DNA of 64,000 bases from Octopus sinensis (Eukaryota): contig NC_043001.1 of assembly GCF_006345805.1 (NCBI RefSeq), positions 122,698,001 to 122,762,000 on the forward strand. The letters are read 5' to 3'. A program made the translations under genes and the position numbers. The notes beneath the pieces are model-generated. The model was not told where the DNA came from. It did no database searches and worked only from the letters and a program-made list of their open reading frames with translations. Shown in pieces: positions 1 through 12,070 of the stretch (position 1 is the stretch's first letter; each line of letters starts with the position of its first letter).

Positions 1-157
1 ATGTATCTATCTATCTATCTATCTCTATCTCTCTCTAGAGATTTATTATTGTTTTATAAATATATATATATATATATATATAAACTGGCTTAGAGAAGAA
101 GAAGAAAAGAAACGAAACGAATCGAATCGAATCGACGCGAGGGCGCTCAGTCATACA

Positions 158-793
158 ATAGTGTAATAAATAAAATATATGCATACATACATACATACAT
201 ATATGTACGTACCTACATCTACATGTATATATACATGCATATATAAATATATATACGTGAGTACAGGACACCACAATTAGACGTAGAACTAGACGAGAAA
301 CGAAAAACGAAAACGAAAAAGTAAAAACAAGCAGGGAACGGACCATTTTTTAAACAACGAAAAAACAGGGTACAAGACAAACTACACAGGAAAAATCCCC
401 TTCATCAGCTGTTCCTAGTTCAACTCCAGCGTGTTTCGAAGGTAGGACAGGACACGTCTCGTTGAACTAATCCTTCCTGCGAAGGAATTAAATAATAATC
501 CTTCGCAAAGGGGCAAAAACAAGGAAAAAAAATTTTTTTTTGACAAAAACAGGACGTGAAGGGGATTTTTCCTGTGTAGTTTGTCTTGTACCCCGTTTTT
601 TTCGATGTTTAAAAAATGGTCCGTTCCCTGCTTGTTTTTACTTTTTCGTTTTCGTTTTTCGTTTAGTTCTACGTCTAATTGTGGTATCCTTTACTCACGT
701 ATATATATTTATATATGCATGTATATATACATGTAGATGTAGGTACGTACATATATGTATGTATGTATGCATATATTTTATTTATTACACTAT
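158..793. repeat. Long inverted repeat (arms 158-404 and 557-793, spacer about 150 bp); fold-back or inverted pLTR-like element
   Basis: Arm 1 (ATAGTGTAATAAATAAAATATATGCATAC...GGAAAAATCCCCTTCA) is the near-perfect reverse complement of arm 2 (TGAAGGGGATTTTTCC...GCATATATTTTATTTATTACACTAT), apart from a short indel and a few substitutions. Confidence 0.9.
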
Positions 794-836
794 ATATATA
801 TATATATATATACATACATATACATATATACATACA

Positions 837-893
<57 letters not shown>

Positions 894-969
894 ATATACA
901 TATATACATACATACATACATACATATATACACACACACAACACACATATATATATATATATGTATAGC

Positions 970-1166
970 GTAAAGGATTAGAGATTTGAATCCGGGCGGC
1001 TATCAGTCCATCGAAGCGTAACTCATTTTTGCCAGCTGAGTGGACTGGTGTAACGTGAAATGAAGTGTTTTGCTCAAGAACACAACGCGTCGCCCGGTCC
1101 AGGAATCGAAACCACAATCTTACGATCATGATGCTGATACCCTAACCACTATGCCACGTGCCTCCA
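970..1166 (-). mobile_element. tRNA-derived SINE, family E, 5' part
   Basis: Minus strand reads TGGAGGCACGTGGCATAGTGGTTAGGG (A box), GTTTCGATTCC (B box), then GTTGTGTTCTTGAGCAAAACACTTCATTTCACGTT; same body as 29063-29406. Confidence 0.8.
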
Positions 1167-1167
1167 T

Positions 1168-1199
<32 letters not shown>

Positions 1200-1769
1200 T
1201 AGCGAATATAAATGTTTATTAGTTAGTTGGGATTTTCGTCAACCACGCCATACATCTTATAGAGAGAAAAGGAGGGGAGAGAGAGTTAACTTACGAAGAG
1301 TAGGATAAGTGGAGAAGTGCACGTATTTGGCTTGATGGCAAGCAATGAGTAAAAGAACCCTGAACACAGTGAGAAAGAAAGAATCAAAAAGTAGTCGGTG
1401 TAGATAACAGACTAGTTATGGGCGGAGTTATATAAATAACAAATTTGTTTCATCTAACTTTATTTTAGAATAATAATTTTCTATTGGGAATTAATATTCA
1501 TTTCATAATTGTGTATAAGCTTCAAGAAATTTGATAAACATGGAATTTTAACCACAGAATAAAATACCGCCCTCCGGGAGGTTTTCAGCTACAATCTGAA
1601 TAATATTTCAGATTTCGTTCTCAGTTTTGTGTAAATTTTTATGTTACGTAACTTCTAATTTTCTCTTTGAAGGCTTCGTATGACTAATAGTATTCGCACT
1701 TTAGTAAATATTTCTTTCATTATTTGATTGCAGTCTTAATTTCTCTGCCGTTTAAACTAACTGAAAGGT

Positions 1770-2154
1770 ACAGTTCTATATTTAAGAGATGAGGAATTAT
1801 GTAGATTATTTACATTATTTACATTATTTACATTTGACGGATATTTGTCCTCATCTTGTTTGTTGTTAACACAACGTTTCGGCTGATATACCCTCCAGCC
1901 TTCATCAGGTGTCTTGGGGAAATTTCAAACCTGGGTTCTCATTACTAAGGTATTTTTCGATGTTATTATTATTATTGTTATTATTCAGGTCACTGCCTGG
2001 AATCGAACTCGGAATCTTGGGGTTAGTAGCGGGCTACTAATCCCAAGATTCCGAGTTCGATTCCAGGCAGTTACCTGAATAATAATAACAATAACAATAA
2101 TAATAATAACAGTAGTTGTAGTAGTAATAATAATAATAATAACAGTAGTAGTAG

Positions 2155-2186
<32 letters not shown>

Positions 2187-2195
2187 GTAGTAGTA

Positions 2196-2245
<50 letters not shown>

Positions 2246-2408
2246 ATAATAACAGCAACAATAACAACAACAGCATCGAAAAAATACATTTGGAATGAGA
2301 ACCCAGGTTCTAAATTTCCCCATGAAGGCTGGAGGGTATATTAGCCGAAACGTTGTGTTAACAACAAACAAGATGAGGACAAATATCCGTCAAATGTAAA
2401 TAATGTAA
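1770..2408. mobile_element. Family D (tRNA head plus hammerhead-bearing tail), head-to-head palindromic pair
   Basis: The two arms are reverse complements about a centre at 2031-2032 (TTAGTAGC-GG-GCTACTAA). B boxes lie at 1999-2010 (-) and 2053-2064 (+). The left arm reaches the full 3' end; the right arm is about 45 bp shorter. Confidence 0.85.
1868..1913 (-). ncRNA. Minimal type-I hammerhead ribozyme motif
   Basis: Minus strand: GACAC-CUGAUGA-A-GGCUG[gagggtatat]CAGCC-GAAAC-GUU-GUGUU. Stem I GACAC/GUGUU, conserved core, 5-bp stem II, palindromic stem III AACGUU, NUH triplet GUU. Activity not tested. Confidence 0.75.
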
Positions 2409-3175
2409 CTGAGAGCTAGTTCATCTGATATGTGGTCGTTTATGCAAGAAATAACAGGTATTACATGGTTATATTCTAAGGTGTATTGCAGACCAAACAG
2501 CCATACTAACAAATTCCACTCTGATATTGTTCTTCAAGTTATATCAGTGTTGCAATTTCAGGTTACCTCCCAGTAACTTGAAATCGTGTTCAGATTAAGA
2601 AGAACTTAGAAATCTTCCGGGGGCTATCTGAAATCGATTTCATTCTACCCTCTATGATTTCAGATTACCCCTTCAAATACTTCCCCAAATGTTCGTCGCC
2701 ATAATAGCAAATAAAATGTTTCTCCTCCAAGCGTTAGATACACGTATGTAAACCAGAGAGTTTTGAGCTTACACGCTGTTGGGTGAAGTGGAAAAAGTCG
2801 CGTTTAAAATGTGTAGATATGTTTTTTGTATAACAACTGTGTATATAAATCGTTTGCAGTTAAAGCTTATAGGTATTGATATATTTTGTTCTGCATAATA
2901 TATATTTCGATCACAAGTTTGTTATTTAAAACAAAATGTCTTTTATTTAACAACTGATGATTTGTTTTTTAAAGACATCATAAAAAGGTTAGGAGATTAA
3001 TGGGAAATAATCCTATTGGAAAGCTTTCTGTTGATTGTAACTCGTGGTTTTATAAATAATTACTGTAGACATGTATATTTATGCATTTTAGTATTCATGA
3101 CCTACATTAACGCACAACTAAGGATGTTCAGTGATAGGAAATGATTTTCTGTTAATCCCTGTTCATCATATCCAC

Positions 3176-3476
3176 TGTGGAGGCACATGGCCTAGTGGTT
3201 AGAGCAGCGGACTCGCGGTCGAGGGATCACGGGTTCGAATCTCACACCGGGTGATGTGTGTGTTTATGAGTGACACACCTGAGCTCCACACGGCTCCGGC
3301 AGAAGGTAATGGCGAACTTCTGCTGACTCTTTCGCCACAACTTTCTCACACTCTTTCCACCTGCAAGATGCAGCTCACCTGCGACGGACGGGCGTCCCGT
3401 CCAGGTGGGGAATCTATACGCCAAGGTAACCTGGAAACCGGCCCTTATGAGTCAGGCATGGCTCGTGAAGGAACAA
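3176..3476 (+). mobile_element. tRNA-derived SINE, family A
   Basis: TGGCCTAGTGG A box and GGGTTCGAATC B box, TCG anticodon-like loop; body shared with 14872, 23735, 51796 and 59722. Confidence 0.85.
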
Positions 3477-3949
3477 GCATCATATCCACTACGATAACAC
3501 GAACATTAGAGGTTCCAGCAAACGAGTGGCTGTGACGTAAGGTTCAATCCTACCGACTTGCAACTTGGGCAAGTGTCTTCCACGACAGCTTTTAGGAGAG
3601 ATAGATGAATAGATAGAGAGAGAGAGTGTGGTGACAACATTTTGCTCTTTATCTTTACACTTATATACACATATACCAATGTATGTGCATGCATTTCGGC
3701 TGTTAAATAAATTCGCTCTTTGTTATTTCAATTAACACGAAAAATATTTTTGTTGCAGATTTTGTTATTACTTTTTCCCCTCCTCTTTAGCTCTATTCTT
3801 CCTCTGCAACTTTTTTTCGTCGGTTTTGAAATTTGATTAAATCTCACCTCTTTTCAGACATATAACGATTGAAAGTAGAAGAAAGAAAAACCAAAGAATT
3901 TATCTGATAGCCCAATACTTAAACATTTTGTACTGTAGTCGATAGAGTT

Positions 3950-4093
3950 GCAAATCGACCCCAGGACTTATTCTTTGTAAGCATAGTACTTATTCTATCG
4001 GTCTCTTTTGCCGAACCGCTACGGGGACGTAAACACACCAGCATCGGTTGTCAAGCGATGTTGAGGGGACAAACACATACGCACAAACATATG

Positions 4094-4129
<36 letters not shown>

Positions 4130-4294
4130 CATATACACGACAGGCTCCTTTCAGTTTCCGTTTATCAAATCCACTCACAAGGCTTTGGTCGGCCCGAGGC
4201 TATAGTAGAAAACACTTGCCCAAGGTGCCCCGCAGTGGGACTGAACCCGGAGCCATGTGGTTCGTAAGCAAGCTACTTACCACACAGCCACTCC
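3950..4294 (-). mobile_element. SINE family B (bipartite, with internal microsatellite)
   Basis: Reverse complement of the GGAGTGGCTGTGTGGTAAG...CCTTGGGCAAGTG...GGAAACTGAAAG + (TA/TG)n + GTTTGTCCC...GGGGTCGATTTG pattern seen complete at 23157-23560. Confidence 0.85.
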
Positions 4295-4671
4295 TAATTT
4301 TTTGCAATAAACATCGTAATACTAGTTTGTCTGTCAAACTTAAAAGTTGGTAAAATAGATATGTGTTATATGTCGACTATATTTCACCGCTAGAAAATGT
4401 TGTAGATTGTCAGATTAATTCGCTCGTTGTTTTCCACCAACCTCCACCACCCCATTTGTTTCAGTTTTTTTTTTTTCGATATTATTTGAATTAACACGAA
4501 ATTTATTTTAATCGTAGTGTTTTATGGTATTCGTTTATCGTTTTTGGAATTTGAATAAATTTTGCCTCTTTTCAGATATATGACGTTGAGGTGCCAACTA
4601 GGAGAAGAAAAAAAATTCTGAACAAAAGAAACGAACGAATTTATCTGACAGACCAATATTAACAAAAAAAA

Positions 4672-4725
<54 letters not shown>

Positions 4726-5129
4726 GTTATTATTATTATTGTTATTGTTATTGTTACAATGAGCGAGCTACGGGAAATTAGTAAAAAGTATGGATGTGTG
4801 ACATCATATGTGTTTATAAAAACAGACTTTTCGTCGAGTATAATTAATCGATTTTTACCATTGAAGTCAAGCACCTTTGATCTCTCAGCCTGAACGGATG
4901 ATTAACAGAAAATTTACTGTGAGGAACGACTTTATTCCGGTAAAAAGAATATTATACAAGGAGTAGAAAAAAAGAAGAAGAAAAAAGAGCCAAAAAATAA
5001 ATAGAATATAAAATAATATAAAAAACAAGAAAAATCAATGTGAAGTATTGCATTTTTGAGATAATTCAATATAGATATCAAATATCAAAGAAGTGTTAAG
5101 TTTCCCCGACAACCTGGGCGCTTTAAATA

Positions 5130-5765
5130 TGATGGTGGTGGTGCTGCTGTTGCTGCTACTGCTGCTGCTGCTGCTGATCCTGGTGATGATAATGATGGTG
5201 GTGGTGTTGGTGAAGGTGGTGGTGGTGGTGGTGGTGGTGGTGGTGGTAGTGGTGAAGGCGGTGGTGATGGTGGCGGTAGTGGTGACGGGGTGGTAGTAGT
5301 AATGGTTGCGGTGGTGTTGGTGGCGGTGCGGCGTAGGTGTTGGTGGCGGTGCGGTGTAGGTGGTGGTGGTAGTGGTGACGGGGTGGTAGTAGTAATGGTT
5401 GCGGTGGTGTTGGTGGCGGTGCGGCGTAGGTGTTGGTGGCGGTGCGGTGTAGGTGGTGGTGGTAGTGGTGAAGGTGGTGGTGATGATGGTGGTAGTGGTG
5501 AAGGCAGTGGTGATGGTGGTGGTAGTGGTGACGGGGTGGTAGTAGTAATGGTTGCGGTGGTGTTGGTGGCGGTGCGGCGTAGGTGTTGGTGGCGGTGCGG
5601 CGTAGGTGTTGGTGGCGGTGCGGCGTAGGTGTTGGTGGCGGTGCGGTGTAGGTGGTGGTAGTGGTGAAGGTGGTGGTGATGATGGTGGTAGTGGTGACGG
5701 GGTGGTAGTAGTAGTAGTAATGGTGCGGTGTAGGTGTTGGTGGCGGTGCGGTGCAGGTGGTGGTG
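5130..5765. repeat. GGT-rich compound repeat with higher-order units
   Basis: A 21-bp subunit AGGTGTTGGTGGCGGTGCGGC and the anchor GGTGACGGGGTGGTAGTAGTA recur at 5281, 5374, 5527 and 5693. Confidence 0.9.
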
Positions 5766-5861
5766 GACGGACGGTAAAACAGCGTTGTTAAATGCAAAAC
5801 TGTTCCTATAGTTATGTTCGGAGAAAAACATTCTGTAACAACGAGCCAAAGTAGGACTTAC

Positions 5862-6013
5862 GGTGCGGTCGATCGATCTGCTGGAAAGAGCAGCCAAATC
5901 TTTCTCATACAAATAAAGGCCGCATTGGACAGCATAATCATAAATATGCAAAAATACGGAATGGTTATGGCCAGAACGCCTTTTCATCATGGGTTCATTG
6001 AATCCGAGTTGAT
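5862..6013 (-). CDS. Candidate internal coding exon, product unknown: (D)QLGFNEPMMKRRSGHNHSVFLHIYDYAVQCGLYLYEKDLAALSSRSIDRT
   Basis: Acceptor tgcctgttgtcccag| at 6013 and donor ACC|gtaagt at 5862; 152 bp with only one open frame (phase 1 in, phase 0 out); complex sequence between two simple repeats. No family recognised. Confidence 0.5.
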
Positions 6014-6273
6014 CTGGGACAACAGGCATACACACACAGACACACTCACGCGCACGCACTTACGCGCACACGCACGCACTACACACAGACACAGACAGAC
6101 AGACAGACACACAGACAGACAGACACACACACACACACAAAGAAGCTACTTTTATATTTTTGCGTGGGATGGAGCAATTTCCTTTTTATCTCTCTCTTCA
6201 ATTTATGCTTATTACTGGTGTCGAATTTATTAATTAATGCTTAATTTCAATACAAGTATACAGCATAAATAAT

Positions 6274-6304
<31 letters not shown>

Positions 6305-6314
6305 GCAACAGCAA

Positions 6315-6351
<37 letters not shown>

Positions 6352-6360
6352 AATAATAAT

Positions 6361-6900
6361 AATGATAAATGCTCTGATGCAATACCAGACAGTGGCTCTC
6401 ATAGCCTCTGATCTAAATTGATTGGAAGTGTTATCATGTACATTGTTTTGTCTTGGTATAAAAGATGGGCTATAGCAAATATTCTGCTCAATACCACAGA
6501 TTTGCTTGTCAGTTGTTTGACCTTAACCAGTTGACCATGTCCCTTTAGTGGCTGACGATATGTGCATCTCTGATCACGAGCAGAAGTAGTTGGGGAGTAT
6601 CATAGTCATGTATAGCGAGGAATTCTTTGGGGCTTGGATAATTCACCTCTGGAAACATGGGTGTCTCGTTCGACACCCTGAAACGACCCTTATTCAGGGA
6701 CCTTTTGAGCTCGAACAGAAGAAAATTCTAACTGGACCCACCTGCAAGGTCATGCGCTGTTTATCTTGATATGGTTGTGTACATATGGTTGTGATGCATG
6801 TGCCTGGTGTACCCTTACCAGACAATCATGATAGGTATACTGGGGTTCATATATTTCCCCCCAGTTTCACTTTGATAGTATGTACTGCTCTCTCAATCAA
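6361..6900. mobile_element. Interspersed repeat bracketed by trinucleotide microsatellites (unclassified)
   Basis: Complex 540-bp block between (AAC/AAT)n and (GAT/AAC/AAT)n. It resembles a high-copy octopus repeat from memory; only one copy is in this window. Confidence 0.35.
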
Positions 6901-7744
6901 TGATGATGATGATGATGATGATAACAACAACATCAACAACAACAACAACAATAATAATAATAATAATAATAATAATATAATAATAATAATAATAATAATA
7001 AAGTAACAAAAAGAAGAGTGCGACTGTTATCAAATAAACAATATTTCGACATCGCGTGTGTCTTCCACAGGTTCAAAAATAGACTTGTCAATCTACTTCA
7101 TTTTGGTAACCCGCTGGTAATCATTTGGTAATCCGTTGCATTATGAAAACAGTAACTAAATTACTTATTGAAGTGGCTTTATGTATATACAGTTCACAAC
7201 ACGCAAATACACGTATGTGCAAACTCACATATTCAAACAAACGGAGATATTCACACACACTTATGAATATAACTATGTATCTTAAATATAAATGGCAATT
7301 TTTGTCTGTTTGTTACCATCATAGTGCTTAAACCAGCGAACAAATATTCACGAAACTTTGCTTACGTGTTACACTAACGTCTAGTTCAGTGACAGAGTTT
7401 CAATAATAATTTGATTTCGATAAAGATCTATAATGTGCTCCCCAGCGGGGTTGGGAATATTTTATGACAAAATGAGAAAGGTGCAAAAAGTATCAGTCGG
7501 AGGTAAACGCAGTAGCAGAGTGAGGGTGACTTATATCAGGGACGTCGCGAACAGCGTCATTTAAGCGACAAATATTGTGCGGAAATGGGATGTAAACGTT
7601 AATACAGCTGTTATATACACGCGGCACTGCATGCATACTTTTGTAAATACATAGAAACAACACACACATACACACAGAAAGGTGGCTGTGAGGAATACAT
7701 AGCTTTGACAGAAAGAGACACTCACACACACATACGTACATACA

Positions 7745-7775
<31 letters not shown>

Positions 7776-8955
7776 GGCTACTATACACCATTTTAAACTC
7801 CAGGTTACCTGTGTGTACGTTTGTAAATGTTTGTGCGCATGTGTGTATCTCTGAGGTGTCCTATAACTGTCTGTCCCTCTACATTTGTAGAATCTTCCCT
7901 GTTGCTCTCAGATATTGTGAGAGTTTAAAATTAAGGTAAACTCTTCAAATTTGATATATTGAAATAATTTTCCACGTTAAACCCAATTTTGTTATTTATT
8001 TGTTCCAGAAAAATTGCAGAAAAATGTTAGTGAGGTTTAAAATTTAATTAGTTTTACCTTATCGGAAAACAGCATTTAGAAGCTGTCATTTTCTACATGA
8101 TAGCCGTCTATCACAAAATGAAAGCAAAAACATTAGGAGGAATTTTTATTAAAGAAACAAAAGAAAAGCATTACGATGACCAAAGTTGTGAGGACTTCTA
8201 AAGTTTTAATAAATAAAGTTATGTGAAACAGTCGCACAGACATGTAAATAATTTTAAAAAGGAAAAAATTCCTCAACGAAGACTTTTCGCGAAAAATTGC
8301 ACAAATCTATCCAGTGGCCTATCTGTAGGTGAAGGCATGGTTTGACATGGAATAAGCAAACAATTATATAAGACGTTCTGTTATAAAAAAATTCCTGGTA
8401 ATGACGGGCAATACATATATATATATATATAATATATATATATATATTGTGTGTGGTGTGTGTGTGTGTGTGTAAAAAAATACAAACTGGGGCAAGAACG
8501 CAAAACATTTAGGAGACGATACAAAAAACACGGACGGGACATTCGAAGCCTTCAATCTTCAGTCAAGAACCGGATCATCCTCGCAATTTCGGCTGATTAA
8601 TCTTGAGATTGCTCCGATCTGGCCAGCCTCAAAGGAAAATCTAAGCCAAGCGCATTAGATTCCTTGGAAGAAAGCCTCGAATTAGAAAAATAAAAATAAG
8701 AAAGAAGTGGAAATATTACCGATGAGTGTATTAAATTATAAGGCGCAAAAAGAAAATGACTCTACCTAGACACAACAGTATATATGTGTGTGTGTGTATG
8801 CACTCGCCAATGCATAATGACACTGGAAATGCGAACAAGTATACTGAGACCGTATACTAATTTTCGTACAGATATACAACCAACTTTTATACGCACGAGA
8901 GTTCATAGACTAGAATCTCGCCAACAATGCGCGCACACACACACGCGCGCGCGCA

Positions 8956-8988
<33 letters not shown>

Positions 8989-9668
8989 ACACACACACAC
9001 ACGCGCGCGCGCGCACACACATACACACACACAACATACGCAGCCTTATTCAACAAGCGCAGAAAGAAATGAAAGCGAATATGATAAAACAGACATGTGG
9101 TTCAAATTTCCTGATCCTTAATTATAAATCTGACGCCGGCTCTATGACAAACCTTAAGCTTTGCTGTCAAAATGCATTCTCAAAACGTTATGAAACGTCC
9201 TACCTGTTGACCTTCGTTATGTGCTAAAAATACACACACACACACATATATACATATATACATATATACATAAGGCAAACCTTTCTTTGATAGCCAGCAG
9301 CACTCCCTGTGCTTGATAACTCAATGTTGTCCGTTAAGTCAGGATCTGCCAATCTTTTGACCAGAACGTGCCTTTGGGTTTAGAGTTGATTGGGATTATA
9401 TTAAGTGCCAAATTAACTTCCATTCTACGTCTCTTTATATTGTATACACCACTTGAAGTAATTCTAAATGATTAGCGCTCTCTTTTGCTCCCAGTAGCTA
9501 ATTAAGAGCCTTTCCTTTTATTTCGTTGAAAATGGCTGAATTTGTTGGCTGCTAAAACACTACCGATAGCTATTTTCCGTTTCCCGTTTGTTCTCATTTT
9601 CATTATAATATACAAAGTTAGGTATGATCTTTTAAATCTCCCTACATATAATGTACGTACGTACGAAC

Positions 9669-9699
<31 letters not shown>

Positions 9700-9800
9700 T
9701 GTATGTATGTTATGTATGTATGTATGTATGTATGTATGTATGTATGTTTATGTGTGCGTGTCTGTATTTATGTATGCATATATATATATATATATATATA

Positions 9801-9833
<33 letters not shown>

Positions 9834-9883
9834 GTGTGTGTGTGTGTGTGTGTGTGTTTATGTATCAATATATGTATGTGTAA

Positions 9884-10080
9884 GGGCGGTGAGTTGACAA
9901 AATCGTTAGCGCACCGGGCGAAATACTTAGTGGTATTTCGTCTGCCGCTACGTTCTGAGTTCAAATTCCGCCGAGGTCGATTTTGCCTTTCATCCTTTCG
10001 TGGTCGATTAAATAAGTACCAGTTACGCACTGGGGTCGATATAATCGACTTAATCCGTTTGTCTGTCCTTGTTTGTCCTA
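9884..10080 (+). mobile_element. SINE family C
   Basis: GGCGGTGAGTTGACAAAATCGTTAGC...GAGTTCAAATTCCGCCGAGGTCGA...GGGGTCGATATAATCGAC; matches more than 10 other copies in the window. Confidence 0.85.
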
Positions 10081-10089
10081 TTGTCATAC

Positions 10090-10120
<31 letters not shown>

Positions 10121-10185
10121 TGTATGTATGTATGTATGTATGTATGTATACTTGAATACGTGTATATATATATATTATATATATA

Positions 10186-10235
<50 letters not shown>

Positions 10236-10280
10236 TACTGTAATTGTTCCTGTTGTTGTTGTTTTTTTGTTTCCCTTTTG

Positions 10281-10326
<46 letters not shown>

Positions 10327-10629
10327 ATAATTTAGAACAAACAGTAAGTTGTCATTATAGTAGTCGGAGTTTCGAATGTCGTAGCGAAGAGCTACGATAC
10401 ACTCTCGTTGACTATTAATGGCAACAGACGCTATGAAATAAAAGGGAAATTACTCTAATAGGTAAAATAAAAGAAAAAAAGAAGAAAGATAAAAAATACA
10501 CGCAACCATATTCTCACAATACATAGAAATGAACCATCTGCATTCACAACGTCTACATACGTACATATATACATACACAAACATATTTACGTACATGCAC
10601 TAGTACAAAGAAAGATATAATCATCTATA

Positions 10630-11292
10630 TGTTAAGAAAGATCAGTGGTTATGCTCTGTTACTAGCCACAAGCATTAAATACAATAGAAAAATATTAACA
10701 GACAATATGATATATCTTTGTTTTTAAATTTTCATGCTCTACATGGAGTCAGTAATAATTCCTGGAGAAACTCGACTCACTTCCATACGTTTTTCAACGT
10801 ATTGTTCGTATATTATCTCTATATGTATAAACGGCAAAATGTCTGCGTGTGTGTCCTTTATACAAATCCACAATTTTTCAGTTAGAGGACTCGCACTTTC
10901 TATGGTCATTCGAAACCACCCAAGGGTGGTCATGCACATCTTTACATTTCCCCAGTCACTCCGCAAAGCCATTAAAAAATCAATAGAAGTGACTTTTTTG
11001 TGAATTTTCTATCCAAAACCCAATCAAAATGCCCTAAACTTGATACGCCAATTGAATGCCAGCTAGCTGTATGTGATTGGTCGGAGATTTGGACAGTACT
11101 CGCGTGTATGTGCGCACGCACGCACGCAGCTGTATATGCATGCACTAGCACTATGACCCGGCGTTGCCGGGTCATAGTGATAGTTATATATATATGCCTA
11201 CGCTTTGAGACCAGTTTATTTAAGTGTATTTAAATTATTATTTGTAAGTAAATGGGTAAGTAAACGTTGAGGTCCCATTCTTTTGCTGTTAC

Positions 11293-11370
<78 letters not shown>

Positions 11371-12070
11371 TATTATTATTATTATATATGGGAGGAAGGG
11401 ATATCCATAATATTCCAGAAACACCTATAAGAATATATCTATGTTTTTTTCGTTATAAATCTCCTGAAAACTTGGCTTTGTTATCTCATTTTGTCTAATA
11501 TATATATATATATGACGTGAATTGAGTTCAGGAAGCAAGGAAACGGGAATAAATACCGTAGGCATTTCGTCCGATGCACTCATGTTTCTTAGTGAATATC
11601 TGTTAGTATATACACATAATCTCTCTCTCTCCCACACACACACACAGATACACACACATTTACACACATTCACACACATACACATTCACATACGCATACA
11701 TCAAGTACTAAACCACCCGAAACTGTGGCATCTGTACCAGGATATAACTGACAGTCAACGACCTACAATCCACAGCTTACAGCAAAAGATTAATTAAACA
11801 GTTACGCAACTGTTAAGAAAGATCAGTGGTTATACTCTGTTACTAGCCCCAAACATTAAATACAATAGCAAAATATTAACAGACAATAAGATACATCTTT
11901 GTTTTTAAATTTTCATGCTCTACATGGAGTCAGTAATAATTCTTGGAAAAACTCGACTCACTTCCATACGTTTTTCAACGTATTGTTCGTATATTATTAC
12001 ATATATTTGCCTACGCTTTGAGACCAGTTTATTTAAGTGTATTTAAATTATTATGTGTAAGTAAATGGGT
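10630..12070. repeat. Local direct duplication (copy 1 10630-11257, copy 2 11812-12070)
   Basis: GTTAAGAAAGATCAGTGGTTAT...GTTCGTATATTA and GCCTACGCTTTGAGACC...GTAAGTAAATGGGT occur in both copies; copy 1 carries an extra 368 bp. Confidence 0.9.
10816..11183 (+). mobile_element. Non-autonomous Helitron
   Basis: Starts A|TCTCTATATG; 13-bp-stem hairpin CACTATGACCCGG/CCGGGTCATAGTG at 11149-11179; ends ATAG|T; absent from the paralogous empty site at 11996/11997; no TSD. Confidence 0.8.

Noticed and set aside
35-1129. Long Y/I/M/C/H/T-rich ORFs here and at 9.5-10, 12, 22, 34 and 44 kb
   Set aside because: They are translations of (TA)n, (TATG)n, (CA)n and (TAA)n microsatellites, which lack stops in some frames.
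1718-1760. Minus-strand mini-exon SLNGREIKTAIK* resembling an AAA-ATPase motif
   Set aside because: Only 12 codons, and the acceptor is formed by the edge of the family D element; not distinguishable from chance.
3176-3250. tRNA genes at the family A, D and E heads
   Set aside because: A and B boxes are present, but there is no paired acceptor stem or oligo-T terminator and each continues into a shared SINE body.
8535-8566. Hammerhead-like CTGAAGA...CGAATGTC on the minus strand
   Set aside because: GAAA is incomplete and stem I does not pair; at most a vestige in a Penelope-like repeat.
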